DNA of 64,000 nucleotides from contig CAWDVE010000021.1 in the NCBI GenBank assembly GCA_963805625.1, positions 64,001 through 128,000 on the forward strand, written 5' to 3'. This DNA comes from an uncultured Candidatus Rokubacteria bacterium (GTDB lineage Bacteria > Methylomirabilota > Methylomirabilia > Rokubacteriales > DASRDR01). Each line of letters opens with the position of its first letter. The stretch's first letter is position 1. A model generated the notes under the pieces. The model did no database searches, was not told the DNA's origin, and was given only the letters and a program-made list of their open reading frames with translations. This document shows, in pieces, positions 10,805-20,857 of the stretch. The position numbers were made by a program, and so were the translations under genes.

Positions 10805-12031
10805 ATGGCGTCAGACGTGCCGAGCGGAACGACTCACACACCCATCTCGCGACGCGCGCTCATCACCGGCGTCGGCCTGGCGGCCGGCGCTGCGGTCATC
10901 GCACCTCGTCTCGCCAGGGCCCAGGGCGGGGCGATGGCGCCGCCGAGCACGGTCACGACCCCCCCGCGCGACTTCGGGCCGAATGGCGCGCCGACAACCT
11001 ACTTCACGGACCCGGACATCCTCAGCGTCGACCCGATGTTCGACGGCTTGGCTCAGCCCAACAGCGCCATCCAGCGCCTCTGGACCGGCGCCCTGTGGTC
11101 GGAGGGGCCGGCGTGGAGCGCCCAGGGGCGGTATCTCGTCTGGAGCGACATCCCCAACAACCGACAGCTCCGCTGGCTGGAGGACAACGGCCGCGTGAGC
11201 GTCTTCCGCATGCCGTCGAACAACAGCAACGGCAACTCCTTCGATTTCCAGGGGCGCCAACTGTCCTGCGAGCACCTCACGCGACGGGTTGTGCGTTACG
11301 AGAACGATGGGTCGATCACGGTCCTGGCGGACTCGTTCGAGGGCAAGCGCCTCAACTCGCCGAACGACGTGGTCCCCCACCCGGACGGGAGCTACTGGTT
11401 CACCGACCCCCCCTATGGCGGGCAACTCTACGAGGGAGCGCCCGACGCTGCGGGCGGCGCCAGCAACCAGAGCGGCCGGCTCAAGAACCGGCTCGGCCAG
11501 GCCGCCGAGATCGGCGTGGCCAAGCGGGAGCTGCCAACCAACTGCTACCGGATCGATCCGAGCGGGAAGGTCGACCTCGTGGTCACCGAAGCCCAGGTCC
11601 CGGACCCGAACGGGCTCTGCTTCTCCCACGACTACAAGAAGCTCTACGTCGCCAGCACCGGGAAGGGACCCGGGGACACCGGCCCGGGCGGTAAGGGCGA
11701 CATCCACGTGTTCGACGTGGGAAGCGACAACAAGCTATCCAATCAGAAGCTGTTCTCGGACTGCATGGTGGACGGGGTGAAATGCGGGCCGGATGGGGTC
11801 CGCTGCGACGTCGACGGCAACGTGTGGGCCTCCAGCAACGCGGGCCGCGCGGTGGGCTACAGCGGGGTGACCATCTGGACGCCCGAGGCCAAGCTGATCG
11901 GGCGCATCCGGCTCCCGGAGATCTGCGGCAACGTCTGCTTCGGCGGCCCCAAGCGGAATCGCCTGTTCATGGCTGCCAGCCAGTCACTCTACGCGGTGTA
12001 CGTCAACACCCAGGGGGCCGCGCCCGGCTAG
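10805..12031 (+). CDS. SMP-30/gluconolactonase family protein, Tat-exported
   Basis: SRRALI twin-arginine signal; WSEGPAW, LNSPND, PNGLCFS, PDGVRCDVDGN; GGAGG RBS. Confidence 0.9.
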   Translation: MASDVPSGTTHTPISRRALITGVGLAAGAAVIAPRLARAQGGAMAPPSTVTTPPRDFGPNGAPTTYFTDPDILSVDPMFDGLAQPNSAIQRLWTGALWSEGPAWSAQGRYLVWSDIPNNRQLRWLEDNGRVSVFRMPSNNSNGNSFDFQGRQLSCEHLTRRVVRYENDGSITVLADSFEGKRLNSPNDVVPHPDGSYWFTDPPYGGQLYEGAPDAAGGASNQSGRLKNRLGQAAEIGVAKRELPTNCYRIDPSGKVDLVVTEAQVPDPNGLCFSHDYKKLYVASTGKGPGDTGPGGKGDIHVFDVGSDNKLSNQKLFSDCMVDGVKCGPDGVRCDVDGNVWASSNAGRAVGYSGVTIWTPEAKLIGRIRLPEICGNVCFGGPKRNRLFMAASQSLYAVYVNTQGAAPG

Positions 12032-12058
12032 ACCGCGTCGGCCGATTCATCGGGCCTC

Positions 12059-12101
12059 CGCGAGCCCGGCGACGCTGCTCCCCGGCATCGCCGGGCTCGC
12101 G
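12059..12101 (+). terminator. Strong GC hairpin after the gluconolactonase gene (terminator or stabiliser)
   Basis: CGCGAGCCCGGCGA / TCGCCGGGCTCGCG form a perfect 14-bp inverted repeat; no U-tract. Confidence 0.45.
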
Positions 12102-12168
12102 CTCCCACGCCGAGGCTCGTCGCCACCCACGTCCCGGGCGCCCCGCGCCGGAGATTGAAGAGCCGACC

Positions 12169-13524
12169 ATGAGCATCCTCATCCGTGACGCGACGGTCAT
12201 CACGGTGGACCCTCAGCGGCGCATCCTCGACCCCGGCGCCGTCTACGTGGAGGGCGCGCGCATCGTCGACCTCGGCCCGAGCGACGAGGTCGTGCGGCGG
12301 CACCCGACCGCGGCGCGGGTTCTCGACGGCCGGCGCAAGGTGGTCATTCCCGGGTTCGTCAGCGCCCACAACCATGTCGGCTACACGCTCTTCCGCGGCC
12401 GGGCCGAGGATGCGGGCCTTGGCTGCGTCACCGGCCAGTACTTCCCCATGACCACCGTCGTCACGCGCTTGGAGCGCCTGGCCGTCGGCTCCCTCACCTA
12501 CGCCGAGCTCCTGCGGAGTGGCGTGACGACCGTGCTCGAGATGGAGGAAGACGCCGACGTCTACTCGCCGTTCGTCGAACGGCTCGGGATCCGGAGCCTC
12601 ATGGGGGTCATGACCCTCGACGTGGAGGTGGACGGCCTGCGCCACGACCGCTACCGCTACGACCCCGCCCTCCGGCAGGCCCAGCTCCGCCAGGCCGTCG
12701 AGTTCGCCGAGGCCTGGCACGGTAAGGCCGACGGCCGGATCTCGGCCATCATGGCGCCGAACATGACCATCAGCTCGTCCCCCGAACTGCTCCAGGCCTC
12801 CCGGGCGGCCGCCGACCGGCTGGGGCTCCGGCTGAGCATCCACCTCGGCTGGGGACCGGGCGAGGTGGCGGCGACGCGCCGGCTCCACGGCATGAGCCCG
12901 TTCGAGTATGCCCGGGCCAACGGTCTCCTCGCACCCGACGTCGTCGCCGCACACTGCTACGTCGTGGACGACGCCGACATCGCCCTCCTGGCCGAGACGC
13001 GCGCGGCCGTCGCCCACTGCCCGCTCATGAACGCGGTCCGCGGGCACATCGCGCCCCTCGGAGACTTCCTGCGCCGCGGGGTCACCGTGGGTCTCGGCAT
13101 CGACAACATGTTCGCCGACTACTTCGATGTCGTGCGGGCCTGCGTCCTCACGGCGCGCATTCGCGCCCACGACGCGACAACCATGCTCACCCCCGAGGTG
13201 CTCGGGCTCGCCACGATGGGCGGGGCGCGGGCGCTCGGTCTCGACCGCGAGATCGGGTCCATCGAGGCCGGCAAGCGCGCGGACCTGGTGGTGCTCGACT
13301 ACCGGGCGTTCGGCCTCACGCCGACGCTCGATCCCGTCCAGAACCTCGTCTACCACGCCCACGCGAAGGATGTGGAGACCGTGCTCGTCGACGGCCGGAT
13401 CGTGGTCGATGGACACCGGCTCGTCCACGTCGACGGCGCCGCGCTCGTCGACGGCGCCCAGGACGCCGCCACCGCCGCCTGGCGACGCTTCGTGGCGAAG
13501 TACGGCGGCATCATGGCGGGATAG
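12169..13524 (+). CDS. Amidohydrolase family protein (MtaD/AtzA-like)
   Basis: IPGFVSAHNH, SGVTT, AAHC, GLGID, GSIEAGKRADLVV. Confidence 0.88.
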   Translation: MSILIRDATVITVDPQRRILDPGAVYVEGARIVDLGPSDEVVRRHPTAARVLDGRRKVVIPGFVSAHNHVGYTLFRGRAEDAGLGCVTGQYFPMTTVVTRLERLAVGSLTYAELLRSGVTTVLEMEEDADVYSPFVERLGIRSLMGVMTLDVEVDGLRHDRYRYDPALRQAQLRQAVEFAEAWHGKADGRISAIMAPNMTISSSPELLQASRAAADRLGLRLSIHLGWGPGEVAATRRLHGMSPFEYARANGLLAPDVVAAHCYVVDDADIALLAETRAAVAHCPLMNAVRGHIAPLGDFLRRGVTVGLGIDNMFADYFDVVRACVLTARIRAHDATTMLTPEVLGLATMGGARALGLDREIGSIEAGKRADLVVLDYRAFGLTPTLDPVQNLVYHAHAKDVETVLVDGRIVVDGHRLVHVDGAALVDGAQDAATAAWRRFVAKYGGIMAG

Positions 13525-13553
13525 CGCCTCGAGTGCCGAGACAGGAGATGCCG

Positions 13554-14258
13554 ATGGCGGACACCGCTGCGCTGCGGGCCAGGATCAAGGTGTGCATGTT
13601 CGACCAGTACGGCACCGTGGTGGACATGCAGACGGGCCTCACGGCCGTCGCCGCCCCGTACCTCCGGAGCAAGGGCTGGACGGGCGATCCGCACTCGTTC
13701 GTGACCTGGTGGCGCCGCACGCACTTCGAGAACTCGATGATCGACGCGCTGCTGCAGCGCGAGCACACGCCCTACCGGGAGATCGGCCACCGGTCGGTGG
13801 CCTGGGTCCTGGAACGGGCCGGGATCCCGTACACGATGGACGAGGTGCGGCACCTGGTGGCGCAGATCGAGACGCTCCGTCCGTTTCCCGAGGTGCCCGA
13901 GGCCCTCGCCCGCCTCAAGGCCAGGTTCAAGATCGTCGTGCTCTCGAACGGGGATCCGGACATGCTCGAGGCCGCGAAGCTGCATCACGGGATCCCGTTC
14001 GACGCCGTCATCTCGGTGGCGGTCGCCAACGCGTTCAAGCCCCATGTCGCGACGTACACCCGGGCGGCCGAGATCGTGGGGGTCCCGATGCGCGACATCC
14101 TCTTCGTCGCCAACCACAACTTCGACTGCATCGGCGCGAAATCGGCGGGGATGCACACCGCCTACATCGACCGCCGCCGCCGGCCGTTCGGTGCGACACC
14201 GCACCAGCCAGACCTCATCGTCGCTGACACGAAGGAGCTCGCGGATGTCCTGTGCTGA
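13554..14258 (+). CDS. Haloacid dehalogenase type II (HAD)
   Basis: FDQYGTVVD, LSNG, FKP, VANHNFDCIGA; AGGAG RBS. Confidence 0.87.
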   Translation: MADTAALRARIKVCMFDQYGTVVDMQTGLTAVAAPYLRSKGWTGDPHSFVTWWRRTHFENSMIDALLQREHTPYREIGHRSVAWVLERAGIPYTMDEVRHLVAQIETLRPFPEVPEALARLKARFKIVVLSNGDPDMLEAAKLHHGIPFDAVISVAVANAFKPHVATYTRAAEIVGVPMRDILFVANHNFDCIGAKSAGMHTAYIDRRRRPFGATPHQPDLIVADTKELADVLC

Positions 14259-14283
14259 TGCTCGGGCGTGTGCCCGCCACCTC

Positions 14284-14626
14284 ATGACGCTCCTCTTCGC
14301 GGCTGTCCTCGGACTCTCGGAGAGCCCGATCGCGGGCGCCGGAGCCTTGCTCGGGTCACCCTACCTCGCCCAGGCCACCGGAAGCTCGACCGACCGATCA
14401 CGCTCGGAGGCACCGTCGTCGGTCTCCAGGGGACCGAGCTCCGCGTCGCCACCGCCGCCGGCCCGGAGGTGGTCCGGCTGGTCCAGCCCCTGGTGATCAC
14501 CGGAGTGACCCGAGTCTCCTCGTTCCCGGAGCCAGCGTCGTGGTCCGCGCCGTCCGGACGGCCGACGGGACCGCCAGCCCCTCGCGGCTCACGGTCGGGG
14601 TGGACGGCACGCGCCTGACCATGTGA
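14284..14626 (+). pseudogene. Frameshifted, internally deleted remnant of an exported OB-fold-like (DUF5666-type) protein
   Basis: Three reading frames give pieces in order: signal MTLLFAAVLGL..., TLGGTVVGLQGTELRVATAAGPEVVRL..., and LVPGASVVVRAVRTADGTASPSRLTVGVDGTRLTM*. Family assignment is from memory. Confidence 0.5.
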
Positions 14627-14640
14627 GCCGCGCCTCGGGA

Positions 14641-14649
14641 TGCTATGAT
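14641..14649 (+). promoter_or_regulatory. Extended -10 element (TGcTATGAT)
   Basis: Near-consensus TGnTATAAT, 14 nt before ATG 14664. Confidence 0.5.
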
Positions 14650-14663
14650 GCCGGCGGTGATAC

Positions 14664-16244
14664 ATGAGGCCAGCGGACTCCCCGCGTGACCGGCCTCCGA
14701 ACCTCCTCCTCGGTCGCCGGGACTTCCTCGGTCGCGTCGCGGCGATCGGGCTAGGCGCCGGGGCCCTGCCCTCCGCCACCGCGCGGGCCTCCCCCGACAC
14801 CACCCAGAAGCGCGAGCTCGTGGTGCTCCAGTGGAGCGACCTCACCGCGCTCGATCCCCACGCGGCGACCTACATGACCGACTGTCGCGTCGTTTACAAC
14901 CTCTTCGACACCCTCGTGCGCCGCCATCCCGACGGCACGCTCCACCCCGGCCTGGCGACCGCCTGGCGACGCACGGGGCCGACCACCTGGCACCTCACGC
15001 TGCGGCAAGACGTGCGATGGCACGACGGCACCCGGTTTACCACCGTCGACGCCAAGTACAGTCTCGATCGAACGTTCGACCCGTCCGTGAAGGCGGCCCG
15101 CCTCCTGCCGTTGCTCCAGACGATCGAGCGGACCGAGACGCCCGACCCGGGCACGCTCGTCATCCACACTAAGCGACCGGACGTGCTCATCCCGGCTCGG
15201 CTCGCCGGCTGGGGCCACATCGTCCCGTGGGCATACATCGACCGGGTCGGGTTCACCGGGTTCAACCAGCGCCCCGTGGGAACCGGGCCGCTCCGCTTCG
15301 TGTCGTGGACCAAGAGCGAGGAATGCGTTCTCGAGGCAAACCCAGATTACTGGGGTGGACGCCTCGACCTGGACCGCGTGGTCTTTCGCCCCGTGCCCGG
15401 TCCGGCAGCGCGCGTGAACGCGCTGCTCCATGGTGACGCGGATCTCATAACACAGCTCTCTCCCGAGCATGGCGAGCGCGTCGCCTCGAATTCGTCGACC
15501 CGGGTCGTCGGGGCGCCCTACGCGGGGCTCTACGTGCTCGCGGTCAACGTCTTGGTGGCGCCGCTGAACCAGCCGCTCGTCCGGCAAGCCCTGTCGTTGG
15601 CCGTCGATCGTGACACGATCGTGAAGGAAATCTGGCGGGGACGCGGTCTCGTGCCGAGCGGGCCGATCCCTCGGGGGGACAATCACTACGACTCGTCGCT
15701 GCCACCACTCCCGTATGCGCCAAGGGAGGCGCGGGATCGACTCCGCCGGGCCGGTTATCGGGGCGAGCCCATCTTCCTCGAGATGACGGTCGGCTACCTC
15801 GCGAACGACAAGGTGATGACCGATGCGATCGCCGAGATGTGGGAGGACGTCGGCGTCAATGTCGTCGTCGAGGTGATCGACGGCGCTGCCCGCCACGTGA
15901 AAAGCCGTCAGCAGACCTTCAAGGGGTTGTGGTGGTCGGATCCGACCTCGATCCTGCGCGATCCTGACGGTATGATGGGGCGGCTCCTGAGCCCCGGCCA
16001 GATGCACGACTACTGGCGTCACCCGGAGTTCGAACGGCTCCGTCTCGCCGCGCGCGCCGGTGAGGAAGCCGACCGAGGCGAGGCGTACCGGAAGATGACG
16101 GCGATCTTCCTGGAACACAACCCCTGGATCGTGGTGCTGCAGCCCTACGAGGACTACGGAGTTCGCCGCTACGTCGAGTTCACACCGAGCCCTGACCAGC
16201 GGCTGGAGCTCCGGCGCTACAACTTCCGGTTGCGCCGCCCCTGA
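14664..16244 (+). CDS. ABC transporter substrate-binding protein, family 5 (peptide/nickel), Tat signal
   Basis: RRDFL; LFDTLV, LRQDVRWHDG, PVGTGP, VRQALSLAVDR. Confidence 0.9.
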   Translation: MRPADSPRDRPPNLLLGRRDFLGRVAAIGLGAGALPSATARASPDTTQKRELVVLQWSDLTALDPHAATYMTDCRVVYNLFDTLVRRHPDGTLHPGLATAWRRTGPTTWHLTLRQDVRWHDGTRFTTVDAKYSLDRTFDPSVKAARLLPLLQTIERTETPDPGTLVIHTKRPDVLIPARLAGWGHIVPWAYIDRVGFTGFNQRPVGTGPLRFVSWTKSEECVLEANPDYWGGRLDLDRVVFRPVPGPAARVNALLHGDADLITQLSPEHGERVASNSSTRVVGAPYAGLYVLAVNVLVAPLNQPLVRQALSLAVDRDTIVKEIWRGRGLVPSGPIPRGDNHYDSSLPPLPYAPREARDRLRRAGYRGEPIFLEMTVGYLANDKVMTDAIAEMWEDVGVNVVVEVIDGAARHVKSRQQTFKGLWWSDPTSILRDPDGMMGRLLSPGQMHDYWRHPEFERLRLAARAGEEADRGEAYRKMTAIFLEHNPWIVVLQPYEDYGVRRYVEFTPSPDQRLELRRYNFRLRRP

Positions 16245-16293
16245 GGCGCGCTGTCCCGTCGAGCGCCGGCGCGCCCCACCCAGGCCCTCGAGG

Positions 16294-16971
16294 TCACTCC
16301 GCGAAGCGGTAGCCCTGGCCGTGAACCGTCAGGATGTGCGCGGGGCGCTCGGGATCCTGCTCGAACTTCTGGCGAAGCCGGAGGACGTGGGTGTCCACGG
16401 TCCGCGTGGTGGGGAAGCGCTCGTAGCCCCACACCTCGTCCAGCAGGCGCTCCCGTGTGAGGATCTCCCCCGGGTGCTCGACCAGGTAGCGCAGGAGGTC
16501 GAACTCCTTCCGCGTGAGCCGGACCTCGACCCCGGCCCGGAAGGCCTGGCGGGCCCGGAGGTGGAGGCGGACGTCGGCAAACTGGAAGACTTCCATCCGC
16601 TGGCGCGGGCCAGGGCGCCGGAGGACCGCGCGGACCCGGGCGAGCAGCTCCCGCAGCGAGAAGGGCTTCGTGATGTAGTCGTCGGCCCCGAGCTCGAGCC
16701 CGAGGACCCGGTCCGCCTCCTCGCCGCGCGCCGTCAGCATCACCACTGGGATGTCGATCCCCTTCCGCCGGAGCGTGCGGAGGACGTCCCAGCCGCTCAG
16801 GCCGGGCATGGCGACGTCGAGGAGGACGAGGTCGGGCCCCTCGCGAAAGGCGAGGTCGAGGCCCTCCTGGCCGCTCGACGCCGCCAGCGTCTGGTAGCCC
16901 TCGAACCGGAGGTTGTCCTCGAGCCCTCGTACCATCTGGGGCTCGTCGTCGACGATCAGGATCCGCGACAT
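16294..16971 (-). CDS. OmpR/PhoB-family response regulator
   Basis: ILIVDDE, LLDVAMP, GADDYITKPF, RTVDTHVLRLRQK, GQGYRF. Confidence 0.95.
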   Translation of the reverse strand: MSRILIVDDEPQMVRGLEDNLRFEGYQTLAASSGQEGLDLAFREGPDLVLLDVAMPGLSGWDVLRTLRRKGIDIPVVMLTARGEEADRVLGLELGADDYITKPFSLRELLARVRAVLRRPGPRQRMEVFQFADVRLHLRARQAFRAGVEVRLTRKEFDLLRYLVEHPGEILTRERLLDEVWGYERFPTTRTVDTHVLRLRQKFEQDPERPAHILTVHGQGYRFAE

Positions 16972-16994
16972 GCCGAGCCCGATCCCGGCGTCCG

Positions 16995-18521
16995 TCAGGC
17001 CGTGGCCCGGGACTGCGGGAGCCAGAGCGTGAAGCGGCTCCCCTCGCCCGGCCGGCTCTCGACGCTGACGCGGCCCCCGTGGGCCTCGGCGACATGCCGC
17101 ACCAGGGCGAGCCCCACGCCGCTCCCTCGCCGTCCCTGGGTCTCGCTCCGCCCGACGCGGTAGAACTTGTCGAAGATCCGGCCCTGCTCCTCGCGCGCGA
17201 TGCCGATTCCTTCGTCGCCGACCGTGAGGGCGAGCCCGCCGTCCCGGAGAGCCGCCTCCACGGTCAGGACCTTTCGCGCCTCGGAGTACTTGATCGCGTT
17301 GTCGATCAGGTTCGCGAGCGCCTGGCTCACAGCGTCGGCGTCCATCGGCACCTCGGGAAGGCCCGGCTGCACCGCCACGTCCATCTTGAATCCCTGCTGG
17401 GTGAGCACCCAGGCGAAGCTCTCGACCGTGTCCCGGACGAGCGGCTCCACGCTCACCGGCACCAGGTCGTAGGTGCGCCGGCCGCCCTCGATGCGCGAGA
17501 AGTCGAGCACGTTCTCGATCAGCCGGGACAGCCGCTCGCTCTCGTGGGCGATGACCCGGTAGTACTCCTGTCGCGTGGCTTCGTCGGTCACACGCCCCAT
17601 CTCGAGCGTCTCACCGAACACCCGGATCAGGGAGAGCGGGGTCTTGAGATCGTGCGACACGTTGGCGACGAACTCGGCCTTGAGCCGGGCCGTCTCGGTC
17701 TCCCGCCGGACCAGCCGGTATGTCGCGGCCAGCCCCGTGGCGATCACGACCAGCAGGAGCCCGAACGCGATCGTGAACAGCATCACCTGGCGGTCGACGG
17801 CCGCCCGCGGGGAGAGCCCTGCCGGTTGATAGAGCGCGAGCCGCCATGCCGGCAGCGCCTCGCTGAGCGGGACCTCGGCGACGACCTCGGGTTGCTCGGC
17901 GCCCGTCCGCCGGTAGACGGGCCGGTCGCGGTGATCGGTGACCGTGAGGAGCGGCGCTTCCGGCCCGCCGAGGGTGGGCTCGAGCACGTCGCGCCGGAGC
18001 ACCTCGGCATCCAGCACCAGGAGTGCGAGGAAGGCCGGCCGACCGCCGCCCCCGACCAGACAGCCCACGACCAGCTCGTCGTCGACGACCCGGTGCGCCT
18101 TGCCCCCCTGCACCCAAACGACTCGCGCGAGGTCGCCGAGCGGCCCCGTGAGCTCGAGCCCCGGCGCGCCGGCAGATGGATAGACCATCCGGCTGGTGGC
18201 GTCGAACAGGGCGAGCCGCGCGATGAGCGGTGTGTCCTTGATCAGAGCGTCGATGGTGTCACCGACGACGGCACCGCTCCGGGTCGCGGCCTCGAGGCGC
18301 CCCATGATCCCGTACTCCGCATGCCGGAGGGCGAGGTCGACCTTGTCCGCGACCATCACGGCCATGCTCCGCGATTGCTCCCGGAATAGGGCATCCGCCG
18401 ACCGGTGCCACTGACGCAGCGAGTGGTAGCCCAGAACGGCCAGGATCACCGCGGGAACGACGACGGCGAGGAGGGCGAAGGCAGCGAAGCGGACGAGGGG
18501 CGACCCGCGAGCGCCCGTCAT
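16995..18521 (-). CDS. Membrane sensor histidine kinase
   Basis: Two TM helices; SHDLKTPL H-box, NLIDNAIKYS, DEGIGI, GSGVGL. Confidence 0.93.
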   Translation of the reverse strand: MTGARGSPLVRFAAFALLAVVVPAVILAVLGYHSLRQWHRSADALFREQSRSMAVMVADKVDLALRHAEYGIMGRLEAATRSGAVVGDTIDALIKDTPLIARLALFDATSRMVYPSAGAPGLELTGPLGDLARVVWVQGGKAHRVVDDELVVGCLVGGGGRPAFLALLVLDAEVLRRDVLEPTLGGPEAPLLTVTDHRDRPVYRRTGAEQPEVVAEVPLSEALPAWRLALYQPAGLSPRAAVDRQVMLFTIAFGLLLVVIATGLAATYRLVRRETETARLKAEFVANVSHDLKTPLSLIRVFGETLEMGRVTDEATRQEYYRVIAHESERLSRLIENVLDFSRIEGGRRTYDLVPVSVEPLVRDTVESFAWVLTQQGFKMDVAVQPGLPEVPMDADAVSQALANLIDNAIKYSEARKVLTVEAALRDGGLALTVGDEGIGIAREEQGRIFDKFYRVGRSETQGRRGSGVGLALVRHVAEAHGGRVSVESRPGEGSRFTLWLPQSRATA

Positions 18522-19072
18522 CCGCGCTCGTCCAGGAGTCGGCGGATCATCGCCTCCGTCTCCGCGTAGGCACCCTCCCCGATGTGGGTGTAGCGGATCA
18601 CGCCCCTGCGGTCCACGAGAACGGCAGTGGGCCACGCCCAGGTGCTGAAGCGCTTCCAGATCGCGAAGTCATTGTCCTGCACGACGGGATAGCGGATGTC
18701 GAGCTCACGCACGGCAGCCGCGACGCGGTCGTGCGGCTTCTCCCAGAGGAACTCCGGTGAGTGGACGCCGACGATCGTGAGGCCCGCCCCCGCGTACCGC
18801 TCGTGCCAGGCGCGCAGCTGAGGGAGGACGTTCCGGCAATTGGTGCAGCCATGAGTCCAGAACTCAACGAACACGACGCGGCCCCTGAGGCCCGCCAGCG
18901 AGAGCGGCTCGCTGTTGAGCCACGGGCGGCCCGTGATCTCCGGCGCGGGCTGACCCACCCGCGCCCCCCGCTGCGCCTCCGTCGCCGGCGCCCAGAGCGC
19001 CGCGATCGCCACGACCGCGGCCAGCGTCACGACCGCGAGGGTTCCCCTCGCCGCGCCCCGTCCCTGTCGCAT
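18518..19072 (-). CDS. Exported redoxin (DipZ-like thioredoxin domain)
   Basis: FWTHGCTNC, GVHSPEF, YPVVQDND, AWPT, HIGEGAY; stop overlaps the kinase start. Confidence 0.88.
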   Translation of the reverse strand: MRQGRGAARGTLAVVTLAAVVAIAALWAPATEAQRGARVGQPAPEITGRPWLNSEPLSLAGLRGRVVFVEFWTHGCTNCRNVLPQLRAWHERYAGAGLTIVGVHSPEFLWEKPHDRVAAAVRELDIRYPVVQDNDFAIWKRFSTWAWPTAVLVDRRGVIRYTHIGEGAYAETEAMIRRLLDERG

Positions 19073-19228
19073 GGCCGGCACCTCCGGGGCGCGAGTCTAC
19101 CCGGACGCTACCGGCCCGGTGTCACAGAGGTGTGAAATCCGGCCCGCGCCGGCCGGTCATCTGGCTGGAGGAGGGCGCCAAGCAGGCGGCAGGACCCAGC
19201 GGCGGTCCTCCGGCGACCCGAGATCGGG

Positions 19229-20857
19229 CTAGAGCTCCCACGGCGGCTCGATGGCGAGCGGCACCTCGATGAGCGCGGGGCCGGTGTGTGCGAGCGCCTT
19301 GTCGAGGGCCGTCCGGAACGTCTCGGGGTCGAGCGAACGGTACGCTTCCAGCCCGAACGCCCGCGCCAACGCGAGGATGTCCGGACCGGCGAGGGCGTGC
19401 TCGCCCGTCCGGCCGTAGAGCTGCGTCTGGAGATACCGGATTGCCCCGTAGTCCTGGTCGTTCATCACGACATAGACGATGGGGAGACGGTACTTCGCGG
19501 CCGTGGCCAGCTCCGCCACCGTGAACAGGAGGCCGCCGTCGCCGACGACGGCGACAACCGCGCGGTCCGGGTGGGCGACCTTCGCCCCGATCGCCGCCGG
19601 GACGCCGTAACCGAGCGTCGCCGAGCCGATCGGGTAGAGGAACGTCCGGGGCGCCAGGATCGGAAGGTGCCACTCCATCCAGTAGTTGAGGCCGGTCTGG
19701 TCGCCGACCACGATCCCGTCCGCGGGCAGCGCCTCGCGGAGCGTCCGGAGCAGGCGGTCCACCGTCGAGGTGTAGCGGGGGCTCCGCGCGTCCCGCGCCT
19801 GGCGAAGCGCCGCCCAGTCCCACTCGGCCGCCGGCGCCCCGGGCGGCATCGCCGCGAGGATCCCCGCGACACCATCCCGGGCGTCGCCGATGATCCCGAG
19901 CGCCGGCACGTGCATGCGGCCGATCGTGCGCGGGTCGAGATCGATCTGGATCAGCGCCTGGTCCGGGCGGAACTCGAGATTGAGGAGCAGACCCTTGGTC
20001 GAGCGGTGAGAGAAACGGCAGCCCACGGAGAGAATCACGTCCGCCGCTTCCAGGGCGTCCTTGGTGGCGCGCCGGTTCGGCAGGACGCCGAGCCAGAGTG
20101 GATCGGTCTCGGAGATCGTGCCGCGTCCCATCACGGACGTGATCACCGGCGCCCGGAGCCGGCGCGCGAGGGCCTGGAACTCCCCTGTCGCCTCGGCCGC
20201 GATCACCCCGCCGCCTGCGACGAGGAGCGGCCGCCGAGCCCGGGCGAGGTAGCGGGCTGCCTCCTCCACCAGCCCGATGTCGCACGGTGGGCGCCGACCC
20301 TCGCCGGCGGGGGTGAGCCGCGCCGAGACGGGCGCGTTGAGCAGATCGGTGGGGATCGACAGCGTGACCGGGCCGGGCCGGCCGGTCCGGAAGAGGTGGA
20401 ACGCGCCCTGGACCGCACCGGGGATCTCCGTGCCGCTCCGGAGGGCGTCGGCCCACCGGCTGACCGGGCGGAAACACTCGATCTGGTTCGGCACCTCGTG
20501 AAGCGCGCCCATGTCCTGCCCGACCAGCGCGCTGGGAACGTCTGACATGAGGAGAAGCACGGGCTGCGAGCCCGCGTGGGCCTCGACGAGCGGTGTCAGC
20601 GCGTTGGTCGCGCCTGGCCCGGTCGTCACCACGACGACCCCGGGTCGCCCCGACGCACGGGCGTAGCCGTCCGCCATGAACCCCGCGCCCTGCTCGTGCC
20701 GCGCGAGGATGTGGGCGATCCGGTCCTGGCGGAGGAGGGCGTCGTAGATCGCGAGGTTGTGGACGCCCGGGATACCGAAGACGTGGCGCACACCTTCGGC
20801 GCCGAGCGCGGCCACGACCCACTCCCCGCCAGTGCGCGTCGCGGCGTCCGCGCTCAC
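19229..20857 (-). CDS. Thiamine-pyrophosphate-binding enzyme (acetolactate synthase-like)
   Basis: FGIPGVHN, RHEQGAGFMADGYAR, GPGATN, GDGG...ND. Confidence 0.9.
   Translation of the reverse strand: MSADAATRTGGEWVVAALGAEGVRHVFGIPGVHNLAIYDALLRQDRIAHILARHEQGAGFMADGYARASGRPGVVVVTTGPGATNALTPLVEAHAGSQPVLLLMSDVPSALVGQDMGALHEVPNQIECFRPVSRWADALRSGTEIPGAVQGAFHLFRTGRPGPVTLSIPTDLLNAPVSARLTPAGEGRRPPCDIGLVEEAARYLARARRPLLVAGGGVIAAEATGEFQALARRLRAPVITSVMGRGTISETDPLWLGVLPNRRATKDALEAADVILSVGCRFSHRSTKGLLLNLEFRPDQALIQIDLDPRTIGRMHVPALGIIGDARDGVAGILAAMPPGAPAAEWDWAALRQARDARSPRYTSTVDRLLRTLREALPADGIVVGDQTGLNYWMEWHLPILAPRTFLYPIGSATLGYGVPAAIGAKVAHPDRAVVAVVGDGGLLFTVAELATAAKYRLPIVYVVMNDQDYGAIRYLQTQLYGRTGEHALAGPDILALARAFGLEAYRSLDPETFRTALDKALAHTGPALIEVPLAIEPPWEL

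Noticed and set aside
18837-18862. Second redoxin as another selenoprotein
   Set aside because: Both active-site codons are TGC (CTNC); there is no in-frame TGA.
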